From positions 1 through 32,000 of the forward strand of contig NC_007483.1 of the NCBI RefSeq assembly GCF_000012805.1: DNA of 32,000 nt, given 5' to 3'. The translations under genes and the position numbers were made by a program. Source of the stretch: Nitrosococcus oceani ATCC 19707. GTDB taxonomy: Bacteria > Pseudomonadota > Gammaproteobacteria > Nitrosococcales > Nitrosococcaceae. Below, in pieces: positions 1 through 7,306 of the stretch. The notes under the pieces are model-generated. The model was not told the origin of the DNA, searched no databases, and saw only the letters and a program-made list of their open reading frames with translations. The first letter of the stretch is position 1. Each line of letters begins with the position of its first letter.

Positions 1-199
1 CCGCGCGTATCCACTCCATTAATGCCTCTCTGTTGGTCTTTCTTCTGTCGAGACCTGAACGGAATATTTCAGCGGGCAAGTCTAGAGGAGAGGTTGCTGC
101 TACAGGCTGTATTGGCACAGGCGGTCGAGTCTCCTGTACCGTCTCCGCTACCATTTCCGTTGTTGTTTCTTGCTGTTCGGCCTCTAATTTTTGTGCCAT
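1..199 (-). CDS. hypothetical protein, N-terminal part only (runs off the left edge)
   Basis: Minus-strand ATG at 199-197 with GGAG about 8 nt upstream. The frame MAQKLEAEQQETTTEMVAETVQETRPPVPIQP... stays open to position 1. It is absent from the ORF track because there is no stop in the window. Same strand as the neighbouring genes. Confidence 0.3.
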   Translation of the reverse strand, partial: MAQKLEAEQQETTTEMVAETVQETRPPVPIQPVAATSPLDLPAEIFRSGLDRRKTNREALMEWIRA

Positions 200-238
200 G
201 ATGTGCGCTCCTGGTCATTACCAAAATTAACTAGGAAA

Positions 239-272
239 AGGGCATAGGCGGGTTGCCCCCCACCTGTGCCCT
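239..272 (-). terminator. rho-independent terminator-like hairpin downstream of the DUF932 gene
   Basis: On the minus strand, AGGGCACAGGTGG-loop-CCGCCTATGCCCT (13-bp stem, 1 mismatch, 1 G-U) is followed by TTTCCTAGTT. It lies 8 nt after the stop at 280. Confidence 0.45.
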
Positions 273-279
273 GGTTGTC

Positions 280-1080
280 TTATGCCTTTTTAAGTTCAGC
301 CATTTGTTCGGTGAGGAACCAAAGCGCCTTATTGAGTTTGACGTTACCGTCTACCGACTTGACTGCTCGGGTGGTGATCTGGCGCCCAACAGCCGACCTG
401 CCGCGGATTCCCCCTTTCAGCATGTTTTCCTGTACCCGCTGGTAAGTGGCCCATAAATCGTTACCCTGGTCTTCATGCCGCCGGGGCCTAAGCAACGCTT
501 GGGGCATACAAGGTGCTTCGCCTTCCCGCCACCGGACCCGCAAAGCGGATTCGGCAAAGATTTCCTGCTCCTGCAGGGAAAGCTCAAGGGTTTTGAAGTC
601 CTCTACCCTTGCGGCAATCCTTGGCAGTTCCTCCACAATTTCATACGTGCCCTCAATCACCTCCCTAACCACATCGCCGGTATGCCGCCGCTTAACCTGT
701 CCCATATTCGAATCCGCCACAATCATTCCGTTGGAGCAAACTAAGCGGAATAAACCGGCATGGAGTTGGTAGGCGCATGACCCATCATGGGAGTTCACAA
801 GCACAATTTCCGGGAAACTATCGCCCACCATGGGAAGTTCATTATCAAAGCGCCGGAAGCGTAGTAAATGCTTGCTAAATCCCTTTCGGTCGGGAATCCG
901 AACTCGGCTCTCCTCGGCATGCACCGGGCTCCATCCTTCCCTTTCAAGGGCCTCGATCATGGCCAGGGTAGAGATAAACTGATACCGGCCAGAGACTCGG
1001 CCGTGCGCTGTCGTAGCGAATACTGAAGAGGCTCTTTCCCTAAGCTGATTTTCACTCAAGGGCTGTGTCATAGTACGCAT
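280..1080 (-). CDS. DUF932-family protein (ICE/plasmid-associated)
   Basis: 266-aa ORF. The N-terminal 'LSENQLRERASSVFATTAHGRVSGRYQFISTLAMIEALEREGW' and 'LVNSHDGSCAYQLHAGLFRLVCSNGM' match my recollection of the DUF932 family found in integrative conjugative elements and plasmids. Confidence 0.75.
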   Translation of the reverse strand: MRTMTQPLSENQLRERASSVFATTAHGRVSGRYQFISTLAMIEALEREGWSPVHAEESRVRIPDRKGFSKHLLRFRRFDNELPMVGDSFPEIVLVNSHDGSCAYQLHAGLFRLVCSNGMIVADSNMGQVKRRHTGDVVREVIEGTYEIVEELPRIAARVEDFKTLELSLQEQEIFAESALRVRWREGEAPCMPQALLRPRRHEDQGNDLWATYQRVQENMLKGGIRGRSAVGRQITTRAVKSVDGNVKLNKALWFLTEQMAELKKA

Positions 1081-1157
1081 CGTTAATTTCTCCAGAACAA
1101 TAGGGGTTGGTAAAAACTCAAGGCCCTGGAAACAATATTTTCCAGGGCCTTTGTGCT

Positions 1158-1667
1158 TTAAAATACGGATCGAAGTTCAGCCGCCATATCTCGCGCCCGT
1201 TCCCGACGATCCAGCCGCTCTTCCTCGCTCATCAGATCCCCTTGATACACGGCCAGCCGCTCCTGAGCCTGATCTAATGCCTCCTGTCCCGCATAAGCCG
1301 CATAACCTAGCGCCGCAGTCACTAGATCCCGACCCAAGTTGGAGAACCGTTCTACCTTTCCACGCTCTTCCATCGCCTGGGCGATATGCAAGGGCAGTGA
1401 TTCGGCAAGCCGGGTTTCCGATACATACTCAAAGCGCGTCCCGTTTTGGCTTTCGGCGCGAATGAGCGCCGCCGCTAAGTCAAGCCGTTGGTCTTTGGAA
1501 AGGTCTTCCCATTCCTTGCAGCCAGCAGTTATAGCCGCTTCGGATAACTCCCGGACACGCGCCTTATCCCGTGCCTCCTCCTCTTGTTGGCGTTGTTCCG
1601 GCCCTTGCTGATAAGCCCATCCTTGGGAATCCTGTTCGTCTTGATTAAATATCTGTTCAGTTGTCAT
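1158..1667 (-). CDS. hypothetical acidic protein
   Basis: 169-aa ORF, co-oriented with the DUF932 gene. GGAG lies upstream of the ATG (aggagttatcagtATG on the minus strand). No family recognised. Confidence 0.55.
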   Translation of the reverse strand: MTTEQIFNQDEQDSQGWAYQQGPEQRQQEEEARDKARVRELSEAAITAGCKEWEDLSKDQRLDLAAALIRAESQNGTRFEYVSETRLAESLPLHIAQAMEERGKVERFSNLGRDLVTAALGYAAYAGQEALDQAQERLAVYQGDLMSEEERLDRRERARDMAAELRSVF

Positions 1668-1709
1668 ACTGATAACTCCTAGTAGCTCTTACTCATGTAC
1701 TGGGAAAAG

Positions 1710-1739
1710 AAAGGGCACAGGTGGCAGCCTGTGCCCTTT
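1710..1739 (-). terminator. rho-independent terminator hairpin
   Basis: AAAGGGCACAGG / CCTGTGCCCTTT perfect 12-bp stem with a 6-nt loop. On the minus strand it is followed by CTTTCTTTTCC. It sits 5 nt after the stop of the 1744..1959 ORF. Confidence 0.6.
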
Positions 1740-1743
1740 CGGT

Positions 1744-1959
1744 TTATTGCACTGCCTTTAGGCTCTGCTCTTCATCATTCGACTGGAAATTAATTACATA
1801 GCGCAGATGGGCAAGTTCTTTGAAAGCTTCCTCGCTTAGCAAAATCTGCGCTTCCTGATTAGCGTGCGATATACAAAGCGCTATTTGATTACTTTCCTGC
1901 CGCTCGCCGACGCTCAAAATACCTTTATCAAGGCCATCAAGTTGAAAAATTCTACGCAT
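1744..1959 (-). CDS. small hypothetical protein (71 aa)
   Basis: ORF with GGAG upstream (aaagaggagctataaaaATG on the minus strand) and a terminator directly downstream. No family recognised. Confidence 0.45.
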   Translation of the reverse strand: MRRIFQLDGLDKGILSVGERQESNQIALCISHANQEAQILLSEEAFKELAHLRYVINFQSNDEEQSLKAVQ

Positions 1960-1987
1960 TTTTATAGCTCCTCTTTGTTAGAGTATC

Positions 1988-2003
1988 TAGGAATATATTC
2001 CTA
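1988..2003. promoter_or_regulatory. 16-bp perfect palindrome TAGGAATATATTCCTA, copy 1 (candidate operator)
   Basis: Exact palindrome 29 nt upstream of the 1744..1959 start, in an AT-rich intergenic region. An identical copy lies at 2096-2111. Confidence 0.5.
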
Positions 2004-2095
2004 TTTTCAGACAAAAGAATAGCTGGTTTCTCCCTTTTACGTGCCGAGCCTACCAAGAAAGAACACGATGAATTGTTTATTCATGGTTTTAATTA

Positions 2096-2111
2096 TAGGA
2101 ATATATTCCTA
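2096..2111. promoter_or_regulatory. 16-bp perfect palindrome TAGGAATATATTCCTA, copy 2 (candidate operator)
   Basis: Identical to the 1988-2003 copy. Centre-to-centre spacing is 108 bp. Confidence 0.5.
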
Positions 2112-2200
2112 AAATGTCAACAAAAACTTTTATAATCAATCACTTGATATTCTTTATGCTCTTGGCTAGTTTTGGTCTAAACGACCTTTATCGCCTCCGG

Positions 2201-2569
2201 CTAGCGCTGCCCCTGATCGCTAGAAGCTTTGCGATGCTCCGCGCTCTCGGCTAGTTTCTGCGCCACCAGCGCGTTAAGGCTGATCCCCGCTCTAGCGGCC
2301 TCCATGGCAAGCTTACGATGCAAACGCTTATCAATCCTCACGTTAAATTGGCCGCTATACTCTTTACGAGCTGGCGCCCTGGGCACCTCTTCTCCATGCT
2401 TACGATAACTCTCCTTAATTCCTTCCCAGGCTACGGCCAATTCGTTTAATGCCTGCTCGGGAGTATCGGCAAACGCTGAAACCTCAGACATTTCTACAAA
2501 ATGCGCCAGCCAGTCATCCTCTTCATCCTGGTAGAGATTGACAGTAAAGCCATCAAATTTAATTTCCAT
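2201..2569 (-). CDS. hicB: HicB-family antitoxin (HicB fold plus C-terminal ribbon-helix-helix)
   Basis: 'MEIKFDGFTVNLYQDEEDDWLAHFVEMSEVSAFADTPEQALNEL' resembles the HicB N-domain. 'FNVRIDKRLHRKLAMEAARAGISLNALVAQKL' is a typical RHH DNA-binding tail. The start was moved to the internal ATG at 2569. It overlaps the end of hicA. Confidence 0.85.
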   Translation of the reverse strand: MEIKFDGFTVNLYQDEEDDWLAHFVEMSEVSAFADTPEQALNELAVAWEGIKESYRKHGEEVPRAPARKEYSGQFNVRIDKRLHRKLAMEAARAGISLNALVAQKLAESAEHRKASSDQGQR

Positions 2570-2807
2570 TGCTCTCTTCCTCATCTCTTATCTTAAGAAA
2601 TTGCTTCACCTGGTAAGACTTGGCCTTGCCATTGGCGGTTGGCTGAATAGACAAGCGCCTCCGTCCAGGGGAATACCAAATTTCATGGCTTCCCGTTTGG
2701 TGATCGAATATCCATTGGCACCGCGCTAATAGCGTTTTGAATTCACCAAAAGACAAACCGCCTGGATGGTTGCCAGCCTTGGCAACCAATTTTTCTGTCT
2801 TACCCAT
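2559..2807 (-). CDS. hicA: HicA-family mRNA interferase toxin
   Basis: 82 aa, 'FKTLLARCQWIFDHQTGSHEIWYSPGRRRLSIQP' (YcfA/HicA-like). It lies immediately upstream of hicB and overlaps it, which is the canonical hicA-hicB order. Confidence 0.8.
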   Translation of the reverse strand: MGKTEKLVAKAGNHPGGLSFGEFKTLLARCQWIFDHQTGSHEIWYSPGRRRLSIQPTANGKAKSYQVKQFLKIRDEEESNGN

Positions 2808-2861
2808 AATGGTAACTATATGCAGTTACTATCATAAAAATAAAGCCTCCTGCTTGGGAGT

Positions 2862-4340
2862 CCACCGCCAAGCGCCAGACCAGACGCCGGAACCGCCACA
2901 CGGCAGCCAGGAGCCAGAACCCAACGGCGGCAGCGCGGAACCAGGAAATCCAATGGCAAACGCCAGCACCGGCAGGCCACGAGAAGCGGCACACCGGGCC
3001 GCTAACAACGAACCGCGCGAGCTGGGCGAGGCAAAAAATACCACCAAGCCGGACGAGGCCGCAGCGACTACTGCCCGAGTACGGGAAGCCAGGCGCATGG
3101 ATAAAGGCGCTGAAGAATCCCCGCCCGACCACCAGGAAACTGAACCACCGGCAAGATGAAACTCAGCCACTTCCCGAACCGCGGACCCCGACCAGGCACC
3201 CGGTGCCGAGTAGCGGCCTGACGGAGCACGGAACGGCGGCGACACGGGACCGAAGGCGGCGAGGCAGCACACCCGGCCAGGGGAGCCCGATCCGAAAGAC
3301 AATACCGCAGCATCGGCGCCCACGCAGCAGCCAACCACCAGCGAGCAGCCGCCAGCCACTAGCATGGCGGAGACTTGCGCCACAGCGCCAGAACCGGCAG
3401 GCGGCAGCGAGCGGGAGCCCGCCACCGCCACCACCCCAGCGGGGAACACTAGACCGCACCCGCAGACGAAGCCAACCGGGCCAATGCGGCACGAAACCGG
3501 CGAGGCGACCAACCAGCGGGGAGCGCTACCTTGACGCACCAGACAGGCACCGGCAAGCCACAAGCCGCGAACACTGGCGAACCGGACCCACCGGGCCGCA
3601 CCCATACGCGAAACCCAAAACCCACCGCCACAGAACGAGCAAACACACGAGCGACACGCGGGGAGCGGACAGGAACAAACACGCAAGCTGGAGCCGGCGA
3701 CCAGCCCGGACCACCCGGCAGCGCACGCCACGCCCACACCCAACCGGAACGGCAAACACGGGCAACGACACCCGCGCCACGAGAAGAAGGAACAGAAACG
3801 AAACCACGGGACATAAACAACCCCCAAAACAGAAAACACCCCACAACCCGCGGGCAGGACGCCCGCGGAACCAGGCCGAAGGCCCAGGAGGGACCCCCAG
3901 CGCGCACCGCCCCGGCGGAGGGGGGACGGCGGCAATTTAGAACAAGGCGATAGATGACACGGGCAAGCAAGGCCGAGACAGGCACATGGAAGTGCCTGGC
4001 CGCCAAGCGCGGGCATGGATAGCCCGTGCCGCCTTGCATGACCGGGGCAACTAGCGCACAACAACTAGCCGCCGGCCACCCGACGCGGGCGAAAGCTAAA
4101 ACGCCGCAGGACGCGGCGAGAAGGGGCAAGGAAGCCCGCCGATATCTGAGCACAGCACGAGAAAAGAACGTCGATGCAGGATTCTAGATTGGCGTTGGAA
4201 CTTGATGCGCGGGGCAGGAGCGCCGCGCCATTAGCCAAGGATGGCGATAAGCCGGGCAAGGATGCCGGGCGCGGCCTGCTCGGCGCAGCGGAGCAGGCGC
4301 CAGGGAAGGCTGTAAGCGAGCTGGACACGACGGGCGAGCG
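2862..4340. other. extreme strand-asymmetric three-letter tract (T-depleted on +, A-depleted on -), GC-rich, no credible CDS
   Basis: Hand count gives about 41 T in 2881-3960 (1080 nt). There is only one T (3814) between 3690 and 3935. Positions 3601-3720 contain C46 A40 G32 T2. T rises gradually from 3936 to ~4340. Eleven mutually overlapping track ORFs on both strands fall here. Confidence 0.9.
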
Positions 4341-4691
4341 GAATAAATTATGCCCGGCGTACGATGTTAACCAGGAATTCCGGGCCCAGATTTAGAGGCA
4401 GAAGAATTTAGTCTGCACTTCGCCGGGCACACCTTTAACCAGCACCATGCTCACCGCGGGCACGGAGATTTATTTATACATCAGCCGAATTAACCAGATT
4501 CTTTTTCATGATGGATATTAACCCCAGAGGAGAGATGCGGATATAAATTTTGGCTAATTTTAAAATTGGGAGCGCATCTCAACTACTGTGGTCTGGCTCA
4601 TATCATTTGCCCACCGTCCGATTACAATAAGTACATAAACCTAGATGTCATGGCTTCTATAAATCTCTGTTTCACGTGGAAGAAGGACAAT

Positions 4692-4880
4692 ATGGACAAT
4701 ACGAAGGACAATACTCAGCAACACCGGGTTATTCCCGCCGCATTTCTCGGTATTGTCACTGGCCTAGTTATGGCCGCTGGCATTGCTGGCTACTTGGAAC
4801 GGGAAACGCTCGCCGATATTTACTTTTATCTTACCGCTGACAGCGTGGCCTTTGATGTTAGTGGAGAAATCAGGCAATGA
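4692..4880 (+). CDS. small membrane protein (62 aa), possibly translationally coupled to the pseudopilin gene
   Basis: Internal ATG at 4692 with GAAGGA upstream. One hydrophobic helix (VIPAAFLGIVTGLVMAAGIAGYL). Its stop overlaps the next start (ATGA at 4877-4880). The 5' part of the track ORF looks non-coding. Confidence 0.35.
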   Translation: MDNTKDNTQQHRVIPAAFLGIVTGLVMAAGIAGYLERETLADIYFYLTADSVAFDVSGEIRQ

Positions 4881-5398
4881 GGCACACCCACGGATTTACT
4901 CTTGCCGAGTTGATAATAACGTTGGCAATTGCTGCTATTTTAACCACAATGGCAGTACCCTCCTTCACCGGCGCCATACGGACAGACCGTTTGGTGACGG
5001 ATACCAATACCCTCATTACCACTTTTACTCTGGCCCGTACTGAGGCTATCAAGCGGGGCATGCAAGCAGCTGTCTGTTCTGGAAGTGAGACTGCTGGCTG
5101 TGGAGGGAGCTGGAACGATGGCTGGATTGTCTTTGTCGATAGTGATGAAGACTGTGCCTACACCACAGGCACGGATACTCTACTCCGGGTCTCCCAAGGA
5201 TTAGATAACAGCACCTTGAAGGTAAAGCAGAATGGCAGTTCAAAGGTTTGTACCGCGTTCAATTCTAGGGGCATGAATACGACTGCTACATTTAATGAGG
5301 AGTTGACCTTTACTTTGTGTAGCCCAGGTCTGGGAAAAACCAGAATATTAAGTATTAATCCTGTAGGCCGGGCAAATAAGTCAGAGGGCACGTGCTAA
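4877..5398 (+). CDS. GspH/FimT-family type IV (pseudo)pilin
   Basis: Prepilin leader and N-methylation motif 'MRHTHG|FTLAELIITLAIAAIL'. 'PSFTGAIRTDRLVTDTNTLITTFTLARTEAIKRG' is typical of the FimT/GspH N-domain. No other pilus genes are in the window. Confidence 0.8.
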   Translation: MRHTHGFTLAELIITLAIAAILTTMAVPSFTGAIRTDRLVTDTNTLITTFTLARTEAIKRGMQAAVCSGSETAGCGGSWNDGWIVFVDSDEDCAYTTGTDTLLRVSQGLDNSTLKVKQNGSSKVCTAFNSRGMNTTATFNEELTFTLCSPGLGKTRILSINPVGRANKSEGTC

Positions 5399-5467
5399 TA
5401 CGCGCCAGTAAATACCGCAAGGGATGTGGCAAAGTTCTTCAATTCTCAGCCACATCCCAACCCGCCA

Positions 5468-6664
5468 TTAGCGATCTTCGCAAATTCTCCCGCCGGGGTA
5501 GCGCAGCGTTGAGACCACAGTCCCCTCTGGATCACGCAAAATCGCCGTATCCCCCGAATTATTCCATATAGGGCGTCCTATTGCGGTGGAGTCTATCCGA
5601 AGGGTACCGCCAGCATTAAGGCTGCCTTGTAAGGCAATCTTATGGTCCGCTTCATCCGCCAGTATCCAGCCGGTTAAATCCAGATGCTGAGCGCCAGAAT
5701 TCTGTATCTCCACCCATTCACCGGCCAGATTTTTGTTATCGTTTCCAGGCGCATCGGGATGCACGCAAATAATTGCTAATGTTGCCTTTCGCTCGGCTGA
5801 AGAGGTTGTCTGTGCGCCATTCAATTTTCCTTTTGGAGATGGGGATACCGGATCACCAAGCACAATCACCACGGGAGCATGGTCACTGACGGTTTTTCGA
5901 GCTAGCTTGTGAGTAATTCCCAAACGCTGAGGGAAACGATCGATCCGGGCTTCCTGGATTTTCAAGGCATCCGGTCGGTACCAGATATTATCGTAGAGAT
6001 TGGCGTACCGGCCCTCTTTGGCGGACAGAGTCGTTGCCCCTTCCCGGATAGCGGGTTTAAGTACTTTAGCCAGATCCCGGAATCCCGCTGAATCCGGGGG
6101 TAGGTTGAAGTCGCCCATCAGAACCACCGGATCTCCTTCAGCGACGTTTTCCTCTAGCCAGTTTACATACTCATCAAGCTGCTGTGCTTCTCGGCGCCGC
6201 TCATCCCGGCTATCTCCATAGACCACATGTACGGTGGCCGCAGTCCAACGATACTTTCCATTATCTGTCTGAAACCGTGCTGCAAAAGGCTCCCGCGCAA
6301 AGATATCGCCTGGGTCTAAATAGACCACAGCGCCGCCCACATAATCGACAGCCTCTTCACGCCAGATGAAAGCATAGAATTCCTGGTAACGTTTCGAGCG
6401 TCCTACGCTGGTTCCCGAAACCAGTGAGGACCATTTTACTCCGGTCTGCTTCTTCAGCGTCTGGACCAGATGGTTGACGGCCGTTTTACTCATTACCTCC
6501 TGGAGGGCGACAAAATCGTAGGGTGCTACGACCGCCGCGGTTGCGTTCCAGTTCCTCTTGTCTCCCCACCCTAAATGTTTGGTATTCCAGCTTGCAATGG
6601 TGAACGCTTGCGCTGAGATAGTGGGTAGAAAAAGAAAAAATAAGATTAATAACCGCTTGCCCAT
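5468..6664 (-). CDS. secreted endonuclease/exonuclease/phosphatase (DNase I-like) protein with C-terminal lamin-tail domain
   Basis: Signal peptide MGKRLLILFFLFLPTISAQA. EEP motifs 'IASWNTKHLG', 'ALQEV', 'GDFN' and 'SDHAPV'. The C-terminal 'LAGEWVEIQNSGAQHLDLTGWIL' is LTD-like. Confidence 0.8.
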   Translation of the reverse strand: MGKRLLILFFLFLPTISAQAFTIASWNTKHLGWGDKRNWNATAAVVAPYDFVALQEVMSKTAVNHLVQTLKKQTGVKWSSLVSGTSVGRSKRYQEFYAFIWREEAVDYVGGAVVYLDPGDIFAREPFAARFQTDNGKYRWTAATVHVVYGDSRDERRREAQQLDEYVNWLEENVAEGDPVVLMGDFNLPPDSAGFRDLAKVLKPAIREGATTLSAKEGRYANLYDNIWYRPDALKIQEARIDRFPQRLGITHKLARKTVSDHAPVVIVLGDPVSPSPKGKLNGAQTTSSAERKATLAIICVHPDAPGNDNKNLAGEWVEIQNSGAQHLDLTGWILADEADHKIALQGSLNAGGTLRIDSTAIGRPIWNNSGDTAILRDPEGTVVSTLRYPGGRICEDR

Positions 6665-6834
6665 AATAGCTACTCCTCTTGATCAGAAATAGCTGGCAAT
6701 GCTACGCGAACCTGAAGAGCTACAGCCAGAGAACGGATGAATCTATATAAAAGAGAGTTAACTCATTCAGAAAAGAGAGCGCGAAGCCGAAAACCTGATT
6801 ATCTGACTCAATCCCTATAAAGAAGCACTTACCT

Positions 6835-7242
6835 ATGAAACAACGTCGATGGCAATCTTGTCTTTTTATCCTGTCTTGCTTTTTATGGGCGCCTATCCTT
6901 TCAGCGGATGAAGATACCCTTGATCAAGCCTGGTTCCAGCAGATCTGCCAGCAGGCGCTCACGAAAACGATAGAAACATCTGGAGCTGCTTTCACTAGCG
7001 GCTACTGTTATGGTTACCTCCAAGGGTTGCGGCATACGGGAAAGGTGGCGAATGATTTTGTTACTCGGCCCGAGTTATGGGGTCGTCAGCTCTGGTGCAT
7101 TCCCGAGGAAGAGAGCCTTGAAGCAGTGGCGCAGATTGTAATCGCTGAGCTGAAGACTCCTCCTGGCAATAGTGAAACCTCCTCCTACTCCTACCCCGCC
7201 GCAGTGATGAAATCCTTGAAAAAACGTTACCCCTGCCCATAA
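6835..7242 (+). CDS. secreted Rap1a/Tai-like (T6SS-immunity-like) protein
   Basis: Signal peptide, then 'GYCYGYLQGL ... LWCIPEEESLEAVAQIVIAELK ... PAAVMKSLKKRYPCP'. This matches my recollection of the Rap1a-family pattern (C.GY..G ... CiP ... PC). Assignment rests on the motif only. Confidence 0.5.
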   Translation: MKQRRWQSCLFILSCFLWAPILSADEDTLDQAWFQQICQQALTKTIETSGAAFTSGYCYGYLQGLRHTGKVANDFVTRPELWGRQLWCIPEEESLEAVAQIVIAELKTPPGNSETSSYSYPAAVMKSLKKRYPCP

Positions 7243-7306
7243 GCCGCTGAACTAATTAGCAGTATTGCCGATATTTCTTAAAATTCAACGCAAGAGGCAC
7301 AGATAT

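Noticed and set aside
33-456. Track ORFs 33..230 (+) and 253..456 (+)
   Set aside because: They have odd composition and lie antisense to better-supported minus-strand genes, namely the partial CDS at 1-199 and the DUF932 gene.
236-1739. The two hairpins sharing the 13-mer AGGGCACAGGTGG as a mobile REP-like repeat
   Set aside because: There are only two copies in the window, and both are positioned exactly as gene terminators. Shared sequence may reflect duplication of terminators. There is not enough evidence for a repeat family without a whole-genome count.
4355-4390. Cluster of 6-bp restriction-type palindromes (GTTAAC, GAATTC, GGGCCC) resembling a cloning polylinker
   Set aside because: There are only three sites, no vector-like flanks, and plausible natural sequence around them. 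I treat it as coincidence, although it sits at the edge of the anomalous tract and should be kept in mind when raw reads are checked.
2737-4395. Eleven long track ORFs on both strands (e.g. 2832..4064 at 410 aa, 3449..4153 at 234 aa, 3203..3940 at 245 aa, 3531..3953, 2737..3159) as protein-coding genes
   Set aside because: They overlap one another in all frames. They exist because the tract has almost no T on the + strand or A on the - strand, so stop codons cannot form. Their amino-acid alphabets are the ones forced by three-letter codons. None has a convincing RBS or a recognisable domain. They are retained only as the least likely hypothesis in the main finding.
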